A DNA stretch of 64,000 nt from an uncultured Verrucomicrobiae bacterium (lineage in GTDB: Bacteria; Verrucomicrobiota; Verrucomicrobiia; Limisphaerales; UBA11358): contig CAVQPQ010000008.1 of assembly GCA_963714695.1 (NCBI GenBank), positions 106,831 to 170,830 on the forward strand, given 5' to 3'. The notes below the pieces were generated by a model, which was not told the DNA's origin, searched no databases, and saw only the letters and a program-made list of their open reading frames with translations. Shown here in pieces: positions 1-9,461 of this stretch. Both the position numbers and the translations under genes were made by a program. Position 1 is the first letter of the stretch. Every line of letters begins with the position of its first letter.

Positions 1-44
1 AGCAACCGATTCCTGCCGCACCTGCACCTGAAACTAAATCATGA
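1..44 (+). CDS. 3' end of an upstream gene, coupled to the next ORF
   Basis: Frame 3 reads QPIPAAPAPETKS* and its TGA overlaps the ATG at 41 (ATGA). Confidence 0.5.
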   Translation, partial: QPIPAAPAPETKS

Positions 45-1471
45 GCAGTCGGCTCAGAAGCCTCGATTCGAAGATCAGTTTCTTCGCGTTTGCTGACATC
101 ATTACCGCCGTCAGCGGGGTTCTAATTTTCGTTGCCTTGTTGCTCGCAACGGATCTGGGCACGCCAACCGACAGCCGTTCCAAATCGGAGAATCCTGAAA
201 TTGAACAGCAACTCCAGGAAACACTCGCGATGCTGGGCGATGTGGACACGCAAAATCAGCGTTTGCAGGAATTGCTCACGACTGCTGAAACCGCCCCAGA
301 TCCAGATAAACTACAGGCCGACATCAAAAAACTTCGTTTACAACTTGCCGATGAACAAAAAAAACAGGCTTCTCTCACCGACCAGATGGTTGAGAGCCAA
401 GACGCTATTGCGAAGCGTGATGCTGTTCTTGGGTTGACCGATTTGAAGGCCAAAGTTGCACGTGAGACACAGGAGGCAAAAACAATTGCCAGTCAGGATG
501 CCAAAGTTCGCGAGGAAATGGCGGCGCTTGATAAACACCTTGCCGGCGTCCAGTCGAAACTCCTGATTCTTCGCCAGCGCGAGGGCAAGCTTTGGCTCAT
601 CCCAGACAAGGGGTCCACGACGAAAGAGCCAATTCTTGCGACGGTCAGCGCCAGTGGTGTAAAACTGGAGCGATTTGACCGTCCGGATCAAACTAAAGAT
701 TTTAGTAAGTTGTCAGCTCGTTCCGGGTTCGATTCTTATCTGGATGGGGTGAAACCGGTTGATCAATACATCGTTTTTCTGGTGAGACCGTCGGGCGTCG
801 GCCTGTTTGAAGACCTCGTAAAATCGGCACGAGACAAAAACATCGAGGTCGGCTTCGACGCGCTGGAGGAAAACAAAGACATCTATTATTCCACGCCGCC
901 CGTAATTGACGAAACCGTGCCGGTGGTGTCCGGAACGGCATCATACTCTCCTGGCAGTGGAGGGTATTCCGATCCCAGAGGTGGCGTTGGTGATGTCACG
1001 GGTGCCAATGGTGGGCAGCGCGGTGGGACTGGAGGAACAACCAGTTCAGGAACTGGGTCAAATGATGGAGGAAATCAGTCTCAATCCACGCAAGGACAAA
1101 ACGGGAACGGCACGAGAAGCGGAAAGAATCCCCAAGGTGGAGCTGCAAATGCCAGTCAGTCTGGAAATGGTGGGCAAACAACAGGTTCAAAGCCGGGCAG
1201 TGGCTCCGGGAATGGCTATGGGGCGGGCGCTGGCAACGGCACAGGAACCGGCTCGGGCACTGGGGCTGGTAATGACAAAGGCAATGGAACCTCAACGAAC
1301 GCCGCCACGAATAATGCTGGTAATGGTGGGGGACCGGGTAGTTCAGCAGCTACGCCAGCCGAGGCTAAAAAGGCTCCACCCACAACTTCAAGTAAACACA
1401 CGACACCTCCGCCTCCGGTCGCCAAGAGCTGGTGGCAGCGGTTATTGGAATGGATAGGTTATAAGTCATGA
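41..1471 (+). CDS. Single-pass membrane protein with ExbD/MotB-like N-terminal helix, long coiled coil, alpha/beta domain and Gly/Ser/Asn-rich tail
   Basis: TM segment FFAFADIITAVSGVLIFVALLLA contains an Asp; heptad-rich region at about aa 50-180; about 170-aa low-complexity tail. Confidence 0.75.
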   Translation: MSSRLRSLDSKISFFAFADIITAVSGVLIFVALLLATDLGTPTDSRSKSENPEIEQQLQETLAMLGDVDTQNQRLQELLTTAETAPDPDKLQADIKKLRLQLADEQKKQASLTDQMVESQDAIAKRDAVLGLTDLKAKVARETQEAKTIASQDAKVREEMAALDKHLAGVQSKLLILRQREGKLWLIPDKGSTTKEPILATVSASGVKLERFDRPDQTKDFSKLSARSGFDSYLDGVKPVDQYIVFLVRPSGVGLFEDLVKSARDKNIEVGFDALEENKDIYYSTPPVIDETVPVVSGTASYSPGSGGYSDPRGGVGDVTGANGGQRGGTGGTTSSGTGSNDGGNQSQSTQGQNGNGTRSGKNPQGGAANASQSGNGGQTTGSKPGSGSGNGYGAGAGNGTGTGSGTGAGNDKGNGTSTNAATNNAGNGGGPGSSAATPAEAKKAPPTTSSKHTTPPPPVAKSWWQRLLEWIGYKS

Positions 1472-2397
1472 ACCTTCGTCGAAAAACGCCGCCGGATAGC
1501 CTGTATCTGTTACTCGATACATTGTGCAACGCATTTGGGGGTATCATTCTGTTGGCGGTGCTGGTGGTATTGCTCACCAGCAAGGAAAAGACTCAAAGCT
1601 CGAAAGCGGCTGATTCCCGGGAAATGATGCAACGCCGGCTTGCCATTGCCCAAACCGACCTTCAAAAATCGCAACAACTTGCCGCCTCACTTAGAGCAAA
1701 GGCCAACGATGAACGGGTTAAGCAGCAAGTAGCGCTCCTTTCCACCCGTAAAGACCTGCAAGATGCAATTCAACAAACCAGAGAAACTGTTGCTCAAAAC
1801 AGCAAGGATCTTGATACAGCCAGTGCCGTTGACCCGTCGGAACGCTTAAAATTTCTCAATGCGCAACTCGCAGCAGCCGAAGCCCATAAGCTTGAAGCCA
1901 AGAACAGTCTGGCGGCTGCGGATGAAAATACCAAACGTCTAAAACAACGACTGGCAGACCTGGAGCGACAGGTGACGGCAAAGCTCGACGAGTTGCAACG
2001 GCCACTTCGGCTGCCGAAAGAACACGAAACTGGAAAACGGGTCATTTATATCATCGCCAGATACGGCCATATTTATTTATGCCGGAACTTTGATCTCAGC
2101 CGCAACGAAACAGATATTGATTGGACTACCACGCTCACCGGCGAAACAGCGGAGCCGAGGCGGGGCCAAGGAATTGATCCAACGGGTAGCACCGCTGGAC
2201 TGATTAATTTTTTCAAGAACATGTCAGACGATTCCGTTTATGTTGCTTTTTGCGTTTATGAGGACTCGTTTCCTGCATTCATCCGCGCCAAACAACTGGC
2301 CGCCGATTGTGGATTGGCTTACGGATGGGAACCGTTTCAAATATCGGATGGCCCTGTGTCATTCGGTGCCGTTGGACACACGCCAAAACCACAATAA
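1468..2397 (+). CDS. Second single-pass coiled-coil protein with ExbD/MotB-like N-terminal helix
   Basis: LLLDTLCNAFGGIILLAVLVVLL TM, coiled coil, C-terminal YVAFCVYEDSF...YGWEP domain; ATGA overlap with the previous gene. Confidence 0.75.
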   Translation: MNLRRKTPPDSLYLLLDTLCNAFGGIILLAVLVVLLTSKEKTQSSKAADSREMMQRRLAIAQTDLQKSQQLAASLRAKANDERVKQQVALLSTRKDLQDAIQQTRETVAQNSKDLDTASAVDPSERLKFLNAQLAAAEAHKLEAKNSLAAADENTKRLKQRLADLERQVTAKLDELQRPLRLPKEHETGKRVIYIIARYGHIYLCRNFDLSRNETDIDWTTTLTGETAEPRRGQGIDPTGSTAGLINFFKNMSDDSVYVAFCVYEDSFPAFIRAKQLAADCGLAYGWEPFQISDGPVSFGAVGHTPKPQ

Positions 2398-2643
2398 CAA
2401 AAAAAGGGGAGAGATGTTTTGACCTGCTGCTTTTGATCTGGCGACCCGGACCGCTCCACGCCATTACTGCATTGGGGAGAAACAGGGAGCCGATAGCTAG
2501 AAAATGGCGGGCAGGATTGTTTTCATGGCGGAAGTCAGCTTTTACAGAAGGCTTGGAATGAGGCAGTTTACGCCGCGTGAGCAGCAGCCGTGTGCCTTGT
2601 CTAAATAGTTGGCGGCACAATTTTAACCCTCATCAAAGACGCG

Positions 2644-3453
2644 TTGAAAATTATGGCATGGACAAAAGCAAAAACAGTGATTGTGGCTGGCCTGGGAGTG
2701 TCGCTGGCAGCGGGAACCACGGTGAGCATCATAAAAATCAGAGCGTATGAAAAGGATCGTAACTCGTGGCGGTCAGCCAATCTCACTTGGGAAATGGTGG
2801 CCCAGGCTGCACCGCAAGTCAGAATTGTGCCCACGAAATTCAAGGCTCCGGTATTCGCACAGTGGGATGCCGGTTCTGGCAAATGGGGAGGGGTCAGAGT
2901 CTCGGTGGCTGGCATTGTGCGGGCGGCGTATCATGGCTGGTATCCTGGCCGGATTCTTTTCCCGGCGGGAAACCCAAATGAGTTATATGACTTCATTTCG
3001 ACATTGCCGCAAGGCACGGAAGAAGCTTTGCAGCGAGAACTGAAAAATAAACTCGGCCTCGTCGGACGGCGGGAAATCAGAGACATGGATGTGTTGGTGC
3101 TCAAAGTTCGAAGCTCAAGCGCTTCAGGACTAAAACCTCCCATCATTGGAAACACGGTCAACTTTATGTGGGTTAAAGGAGGAATCGGACACTACTATTG
3201 TGGCGATCAACCTCTCTCCACAGACCCTCCGGCGCCGGCTCACGGCCTGACCAAATATTTGGAAATGCGCCTCCACACGCCAGTCATTGATGAAACAGGT
3301 CATACAGAGCATTTCAATATTGACATCGCATGGAAGCAACAGGGTTGGCAAAACTACGATGCCTTAAAAAAGGCTGTGCTCGACCAACTCGGCCTGGAGC
3401 TTGTTCCCGACCATCGGCCTGTCGAAATGCTCGTGGTGGAAAAGGTGAAATAA
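2644..3453 (+). CDS. TIGR03435/DUF3738-like protein, probably the C-terminal half of an ECF sigma fusion
   Basis: PVIDETG...LDQLGLELVPDHRPVEMLVVEK C-terminus; N-terminal TLIKDALKIMAWTKAKTV linker followed by a TM segment. Confidence 0.75.
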   Translation: MKIMAWTKAKTVIVAGLGVSLAAGTTVSIIKIRAYEKDRNSWRSANLTWEMVAQAAPQVRIVPTKFKAPVFAQWDAGSGKWGGVRVSVAGIVRAAYHGWYPGRILFPAGNPNELYDFISTLPQGTEEALQRELKNKLGLVGRREIRDMDVLVLKVRSSSASGLKPPIIGNTVNFMWVKGGIGHYYCGDQPLSTDPPAPAHGLTKYLEMRLHTPVIDETGHTEHFNIDIAWKQQGWQNYDALKKAVLDQLGLELVPDHRPVEMLVVEKVK

Positions 3454-3690
3454 TAAAATTCTTTGCTCCCTTTTGGCTTTGGGCGTGCATCAATAGGATG
3501 AATAAGAGCCGACGACAGTGATTTTCAATCCTTTAAATTGCAATAGCGGGCGGAGCAGAAATGTGCCGACCGCAGCGTGTTTAATGCGCCCAGATAGGCT
3601 GCTTTTGGGCAGGATTGGCGGTTGACGGCTCTCCCGTTACACTATTCACCACGGTCGGAACAAGTTTTTACATGGTAAAAACGTTTCCAA

Positions 3691-4020
3691 TTATTTCTTC
3701 GCAGCCCGATATTTCGCCCACCTCGCCTTGGCCGCTGCACTGATCTTGGCTTTGGCGGCGGCACTCATCGTGAATTTCTTTTTAGCAGGTTTGGCTGCCT
3801 TGTTTGCATTGACCTTTGCCCATCTCGCTTTTTGGGCAGCACCGATCCTGGCCCTGGCTGCGGCACTCATTTTCCGTCTTTTCTTCGGAGTTTCGGCAGC
3901 AACAGGATTGGCAGTCGAACCTGCCAACTTGATCAGCTTGTTTTCCAAGGCTTCAATCTTTTCTCTGAGATTAATGACCTGGCGTAATTGTTTGACCGAT
4001 AGATCTGCGATTGAATTCAT
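3691..4020 (-). CDS. Small basic Ala/Lys/Arg-rich, probably nucleoid-associated protein
   Basis: N-terminal coiled coil, then two copies of MSAAA(R/K)A(R/K)I.AA.KARWAK; ATG at 4020. Confidence 0.75.
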   Translation of the reverse strand: MNSIADLSVKQLRQVINLREKIEALENKLIKLAGSTANPVAAETPKKRRKMSAAARARIGAAQKARWAKVNANKAAKPAKKKFTMSAAAKAKISAAAKARWAKYRAAKK

Positions 4021-4192
4021 GCCGATATTAAGGGTTTTGAGGGCGGAAAAGTCAAGCGTCTGAGAAAGCTGGAATAAGAAACTGTGCTGAGTTGAAAACC
4101 GCCGCATCCCCAGTATTGGTGACATGTAAGATTCGGCGCTTCTGGTATTCTGTCCTCGGTTTTAGTAGTTGTTCTCAAAAATGTGTAAGAAT

Positions 4193-4225
4193 TGGCCGGC
4201 GTAGTGTCCGGCCTTTTTCTTTTTA
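4193..4225 (+). terminator. Probable intrinsic terminator
   Basis: GGCCGG-N8-CCGGCC hairpin followed by TTTTTCTTTTT. Confidence 0.5.
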
Positions 4226-4544
4226 ACCGACGCACTTTGGAGATGCAAAATGGCGACGGTGGGAAGGCACGGGAGAAGGGCTTGCCCGGTTGGCGACGGC
4301 TTTGGGCGGTTCCTGCGTAATTTTGCAGGACGGCGGATTACAGCGGCACACAGGACCACTCGCCCCGGTGAATATCCCGGACCCATGCTGGTGTGGCTGT
4401 AGGTAACATCCGCAAAACAGCCATCGCCATTCTCGGAAAACCGGCCGTTCCGCTGCTGTAATGCCCTTTCTTGGTCTCCGCGCCAGGTTGCGCTCCGGGA
4501 AACTGGCTGAAATCCTGGGGAAACGAGGGGCTAAAAAAGGCGAC

Positions 4545-4576
4545 TTGCAAATCTGGAGATAACCTCCATAATTGCA
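4545..4576 (+). promoter_or_regulatory. Sigma70-like promoter overlapped by an inverted repeat; probably leaderless mRNA
   Basis: TTGCAA-N16-CATAAT, ATG 7 nt after the -10; inverted repeat TGCAA..TGGAG/CTCCA..TTGCA. Confidence 0.55.
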
Positions 4577-4579
4577 TAG

Positions 4580-5743
4580 ATGTTACGAAGACGCCTCAGC
4601 GCACGACTCAATCATTCGCTCGGACATTCCCCGGCGGTTGTCCTGCTGGGACCGCGACAGGTCGGCAAGACGACGCTGGCTTTGGAAATCAGTGAAAAAC
4701 GGCCTTCGGTTTATTTGGACCTTGAGGACGAGGCTGACCGGGTCAAGCTGTCCGATCCTGTCCGCTACTTTGCCGATCACGAAAGTGAGTTGGTCATTTT
4801 GGACGAGGTTCACCGGCTGCCGGAATTGTTTCAACGTCTGCGCGGGGTCATTGACCGGGGCCGACGGCACGGAAAACCGAACGGGCAATTTCTGCTTCTT
4901 GGGTCGGCGGCGATGGACCTGCTCAAGCAGTCCGGCGAAAGTCTGGCCGGTCGCATCTCCTATTTGGAGCTTGGGCCGTTCGACGCATTGGAGGTGGCAC
5001 CCGCCAAACTCGAAACCCTTTGGGTTCGCGGCGGCTTTCCGCGCAGCTTCCTCGCCGATAACGACGAACTCAGCATGGAATGGCGGCGGGACTTTATCCG
5101 CACCTATTTGGAACGGGATATTCCACAATTTGGCTCGCGGATACCCGCCGAAACCCTGCGGCGGTTCTGGACGATGCTGGCGCACAACCAATCGCAGATG
5201 CTCAACGCCGCCAGTCTGGCAGGTGGTTTGGGGGTTGATGGCAAGACGGTTGCCAGCTATCTCGACCTGCTGGTGGACCTTTTGCTCGTGCGCCGTCTGC
5301 CCGCATGGCATCGCAATGTGGGGAAACGGCTGGTCAAGTCGCCAAAGGTTTATGTGCGCGACAGCGGCATTGCCCATGCGTTGCTGGGCATTCGGGATAA
5401 AGAATCTCTGCTCGGTCATCCCGTCGTCGGACAGACGTGGGAAAGCTTCGTCATCGAAACGCTCATTGCAACCGCGCCTGACGGAACAGAGGCGCATTTT
5501 TATCGCACGGCCACCGGCAATGAGGTTGATCTCGTTCTCACCCTGCCGGGCGGCAAACTGTGGGCCATTGAAATCAAGCGTAGTTCCGCGCCGATTGTGG
5601 AACGCGGCTTTCACCTGGCCTGCGCCGATCTCAAGCCGGACAAACGCTTCGTCGTTTATTCGGGCAATGAACGTTTCCCCCTCAATGCCGACACGAATGC
5701 CATTGGACTATGTGAACTTGGCCGGGCATTAGCGGCAAAATAA
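4580..5743 (+). CDS. AAA_14 ATPase with DUF4143 and PD-(D/E)xK-like C-terminus
   Basis: Walker A GPRQVGKTT, Walker B ILDEVH, KSPKVYVRDSG, EVDLV...AIEIK. Confidence 0.92.
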   Translation: MLRRRLSARLNHSLGHSPAVVLLGPRQVGKTTLALEISEKRPSVYLDLEDEADRVKLSDPVRYFADHESELVILDEVHRLPELFQRLRGVIDRGRRHGKPNGQFLLLGSAAMDLLKQSGESLAGRISYLELGPFDALEVAPAKLETLWVRGGFPRSFLADNDELSMEWRRDFIRTYLERDIPQFGSRIPAETLRRFWTMLAHNQSQMLNAASLAGGLGVDGKTVASYLDLLVDLLLVRRLPAWHRNVGKRLVKSPKVYVRDSGIAHALLGIRDKESLLGHPVVGQTWESFVIETLIATAPDGTEAHFYRTATGNEVDLVLTLPGGKLWAIEIKRSSAPIVERGFHLACADLKPDKRFVVYSGNERFPLNADTNAIGLCELGRALAAK

Positions 5744-5953
5744 CGTCCTCGTCCATCAGCAGGCTGTTCCTCAAATCGTCAGGTCTTTCCTCAATCGGCC
5801 ACATGGACGCTGACCGTGATGGTCATAGCCGGTTCGTCCCAGGCCCTTGTCCAGAGTGCGGCGGCTCTGTCCAAGGCTTGGTGGAATGCTTTGACAGGCC
5901 AACAACCCACGCGGCCAAAGGCAATCCGGCAACTCAGCCATGACGTTTTGCCC

Positions 5954-5982
5954 TTGACATATATCATAATGATATATACCAT
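5954..5982 (+). promoter_or_regulatory. Sigma70 promoter with a perfect palindromic operator (putative PadR site)
   Basis: TTGACA-N17-TACCAT; ATATATCAT-A-ATGATATAT at 5959-5977. Confidence 0.7.
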
Positions 5983-6013
5983 GAGTACATATATTCGGAT
6001 AATCGGAGTGATT

Positions 6014-6571
6014 ATGGGCAAAGCCAACAAAACAAAATATGCGATCCTTGGCCTGCTAAGCTACAAACCGCAATCGGGCTACGACCTGAAAAAGATGACA
6101 GACAGGAGCATCGGTTTTTTCTGGAATGAAAGCTACGGGCATATCTACCCCATATTAAAACGATTGGAGCAACAGAAACTGCTTGCCCGGGAGGTCAAAA
6201 CAGGCAAGGGCCGCCCGGATCGGAACATCTACCGCATAACGGCAGCGGGGAAACGCGAATTACGGGAATGGCTGCCGGTTCAACCGATTGACCAGCCGAA
6301 ACGGAACGAACTGCTGTTGAAGTTGTTTTTTGGCAGCCAGGTAAACGCAAAAAATCTTATTCCGATGGTGGCCTCGAAAAAGGAGAAAAGCGAGGAACTG
6401 CTTAAACGTCTTGAGGAAATAGGCGACTCGATATCCAGGAGACCCGAAAAGGACGCGCCGTTCTGGGGCATGACCCTGAATTATGGGAAATATTTTGCGA
6501 AGGCGAACATAGACTGGTGCAGGAAAACTTTAAAGACACTGCAAAGAATTGGCGGAAAGGAGGCGTTATGA
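6014..6571 (+). CDS. PadR-family transcriptional regulator
   Basis: YAILGLL..PQSGYDLK..SYGHIYPILKRLE..IYRITAAGK; GGAG RBS at 6005. Confidence 0.92.
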   Translation: MGKANKTKYAILGLLSYKPQSGYDLKKMTDRSIGFFWNESYGHIYPILKRLEQQKLLAREVKTGKGRPDRNIYRITAAGKRELREWLPVQPIDQPKRNELLLKLFFGSQVNAKNLIPMVASKKEKSEELLKRLEEIGDSISRRPEKDAPFWGMTLNYGKYFAKANIDWCRKTLKTLQRIGGKEAL

Positions 6572-7947
6572 AACTGGCGGTTTTAAACGGCAGCCCCAAA
6601 GGCAAGTTCAGCTCCACCTTGCAATACGCGTTATATATCCAGAAGCATTATCCGCAACATGAATTCAAAATCATCAACGTAGCCACGGAAATTGACAGCC
6701 TGGCGGCCAAGGCGGCGGTGTTTGAGGGCGTCATGGACGAAATCCGCGCCTGTGACGGGGTGTTATGGGTGTTTCCGCTCTACCACCTGTTGGTGCCCGC
6801 CCAGCTAAAACGATTTATTGAGCTGGTCTTTGAAAGAAACCGGGAAGCGATTTTTGCGGGCAAATACTCCGCCACCATAACCACCTCAATTCATTATATG
6901 GATCACACGGCCCACAACTATGTGCAGGCTGTGGGCGAGGATCTGCAAATGAAACATCTGGACACATTTTCCGCCTACGAGGAACTGCTGACGGACGAAG
7001 GCCGGCGGAAGCTGCTTTTTTTTGCCGGGAGCGTTTTTGCAGCCATTGAAACCAAGGCGCCCGTGCAAACGGTTTTTATGCGCGCAACCAAAAGCAGCTT
7101 TGGATATGCGCCCCGCCCGGTTGAAAAAAAGACCTGCCTTGAGGGCAAAAAAATGACCATCATAACGGATGACGCGGGGGGCAATTCAAACATCGCCCGG
7201 ATGGCACAAAGGCTGGCGGCTGGGTTTTCGGCCGGGGTTGAAATCGTCGATTTATCTAAACTCAAGATCGGCTGGTGCCGGGAATGTTACCACTGCGGAT
7301 ATGACAACCAGTGCATCTATGCCGGCAACGCCCGGGACGATTTTATCAGGATGTTTGAAACCAGAATCAAACCCGCCGACATCATTGTGTTCGCCGGGGC
7401 GATCAAGGACAGGTATCTCTCCCATCACTTTAAAGTCTATTTTGACCGCAGTTTTTACATGACGCACCTGCCGTTTTACAAAGACAAACAGATGGCTTTT
7501 CTGGTTTCCGGGCCGCTGCGTCAAATCCCGAACCTGTGGCAAATTCTTTCCACGTATCCGGATGCCCACGGCGCGAACAACGCGGGTCTCGTCACTGACG
7601 AATCCGGGGATTCCGTGGCGATTGACGCGCTGCTAGCTGCGCTGGCGGAAAGGCTGGTTGCGGGCGCGCAAAACCACTATGTAAAGCCGCGGACATTTTT
7701 CGGGGTCGCCACGCATAAAATTATCCGGGATGAAGTATGGGGAAAGCTGAGGTTTCTGTTTCAGGCGGATCACAAGTATTACGCAAAACACGGGCTCTAT
7801 GATTTTCCATACCGGAGTCCCGGAAAACTGATGATCTCATTTATTGCTTATTATCTCCTCAAAATTCGTTTTATGCGGAACAAGTTCAGGCAGGTGATGC
7901 GAGCCGAGAGCGTAAAACCATTAAAGGCGGCGGTGGCAAAATATTAA
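6568..7947 (+). CDS. Two-domain flavodoxin-like NAD(P)H-dependent oxidoreductase (iron-sulfur flavoprotein type)
   Basis: LNGSPKG FMN loop; second domain with CRECYHC..C. Confidence 0.85.
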   Translation: MKLAVLNGSPKGKFSSTLQYALYIQKHYPQHEFKIINVATEIDSLAAKAAVFEGVMDEIRACDGVLWVFPLYHLLVPAQLKRFIELVFERNREAIFAGKYSATITTSIHYMDHTAHNYVQAVGEDLQMKHLDTFSAYEELLTDEGRRKLLFFAGSVFAAIETKAPVQTVFMRATKSSFGYAPRPVEKKTCLEGKKMTIITDDAGGNSNIARMAQRLAAGFSAGVEIVDLSKLKIGWCRECYHCGYDNQCIYAGNARDDFIRMFETRIKPADIIVFAGAIKDRYLSHHFKVYFDRSFYMTHLPFYKDKQMAFLVSGPLRQIPNLWQILSTYPDAHGANNAGLVTDESGDSVAIDALLAALAERLVAGAQNHYVKPRTFFGVATHKIIRDEVWGKLRFLFQADHKYYAKHGLYDFPYRSPGKLMISFIAYYLLKIRFMRNKFRQVMRAESVKPLKAAVAKY

Positions 7948-7987
7948 CCGGCTCAAGGCCAAATGTTTTTCAACCTGGTGGTCAAAC

Positions 7988-8674
7988 AGGTGTCAGTCCC
8001 AGCTATTGTAGAATAAAGTGTTGACTTTCAAGCCCCAAGGCGAGGGAAGGACCCGCCGGGGGAATGGAAAGCGGTGCGGCGGGCTGGTTTTTGGGCGGGG
8101 CGCAATTGCGGGAACAGGTATTGGCGATGATGGGCGGTGAGATGGGGGAGCATCGTGGTGGCGAGGAAAAGCAAGAGATGGACGAGCAGAAGGCGCAATG
8201 CGGCAAGTTAGTGGCCCGTCCTTCCCGTGAAGATCATCATACCAGCAATTATGCCGGCAATGAACAGTCCCACCAGCACGGACGCGAGCAGGATGTAAAT
8301 TTCACGCCGGCGTTGGTCGCGGGGCAAGCCTGGGAACAGGAATTTCCCAATATTCGTAATCATATAATTCAAGGGTTTGACCTGCGCCAGTGCCAGCCCC
8401 TTCGCAGCTGCCAGGTACAGGTTCGATCAGCCCCAACATCTTTGGTTGAGATGAAGTGACATGATTACCGTTACCTTCTTTAAGGTCGGGCTGCCACTAG
8501 GAAAATCCTTGGTATGGTCCGCCTTCAATGAAAGCACCCTTTGGTCCGTCCCAAAACCTTCAACGAAAAGGTGTCAGTCCCAGCTATTGTAGAATAAAGT
8601 GTTGACTTTCATGCCCCAAGGCGAGGGAAGGACCTCCGGGGGAATGGAAACGGTGGCGGGGCGCAATTGCGGGA
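7988..8674 (+). repeat. Two direct copies (about 7988-8113 and 8569-8674) of an element end; the first runs into a RAYT-like transposase fragment
   Basis: AGGTGTCAGTCCCAGCTATTGTAGAATAAAGTGTTGACTTTCA... occurs twice; the first copy continues into GWFLGGAQLREQVLAMMGGEMGEHRGGEEKQE. Confidence 0.7.
8208..8363 (-). CDS. 51-aa single-pass membrane microprotein (below the ORF-track cutoff)
   Basis: MITNIGKFLFPGLPRDQRRREIYILLASVLVGLFIAGIIAGMMIFTGRTGH*, translated by hand. Confidence 0.6.
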   Translation of the reverse strand: MITNIGKFLFPGLPRDQRRREIYILLASVLVGLFIAGIIAGMMIFTGRTGH

Positions 8675-8750
8675 AAGACCCACTTTTGAGTCACGACGGC
8701 TCCGGGCTTGAATCCAAATCCGGCAGCCGCAAATGCATTATTGCCGAAAT

Positions 8751-9035
8751 TCAGTCCAGGGTTGAAAAGTCACCGAGTGGTCTTGTGAAAGTCGCCTTCG
8801 CAGGCTGCACGACAAGTGTGTTTGCGGTTTCCTTCACGCTTCTGGATATCACGGCTATCGGCAAGGCGGCGATGAACACCACCGAGCCAACCACGGTGGC
8901 AACAAAACAACCCGGTCGAAGGATGACCACGTCACCCACGATTCCACCCGCTTCAATTTCGGACGCATTCCCGGCGTTGACGCTGCACAGGCCGATCACG
9001 GTTACACACACAACGGTCAATAATTTTATTTTCAT
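8751..9035 (-). CDS. Small secreted or membrane protein
   Basis: Signal peptide, DVVILRPGCFVATVVGSVVFIAALP hydrophobic stretch, ends PAKATFTRPLGDF. Confidence 0.75.
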   Translation of the reverse strand: MKIKLLTVVCVTVIGLCSVNAGNASEIEAGGIVGDVVILRPGCFVATVVGSVVFIAALPIAVISRSVKETANTLVVQPAKATFTRPLGDFSTLD

Positions 9036-9131
9036 AAAAACAACCTCTTGTTTATCCAATGCAATTTAATACTGCGCCTCATTGCTTTGCAAGTGTTCAG
9101 CAATTTTACTTTCTTATAATGCAAGGGATGA

Positions 9132-9461
9132 TTATTTGGAACCAGCCCGGACTCCATTCTTAAGTGTCTGTTCATACAATTCGGTGTATTTGTCCGGGTT
9201 GAAGATCGGAGCGGTGTGTCCCAGGTTGCCCATATCAAACACTTCCACAGCGTGACCAAATAGCCTTTCATAGCGGGGAAAATCTCTCTTGCTCTGGGTC
9301 GGATCGTTGTCAGCTTTGAGCACAATGATGCGGCCGGTCCAGTTTCGATAAGCGGCGGGAGTGATGAGGCCCCTCCGGATCAAATCGGCAACAACGGCAA
9401 AATGCGACACCATATCGGCACGGGATAGATCGTTTTGCATAACCTCATGCAAGGCTTCCAC
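9132..9461 (-). pseudogene. C-terminal fragment of an alpha/beta hydrolase
   Basis: IIVLKADNDP (acid loop) and MGNLGHTAPIFNP (His loop); no N-terminal nucleophile region. Confidence 0.55.

Noticed and set aside
4572-5732. Long overlapping alternative-frame and antisense ORFs (also 10669-12075, 17761-19548, 44172-45392)
   Set aside because: Shadow ORFs of GC-rich genes with clear family motifs; no independent motifs.
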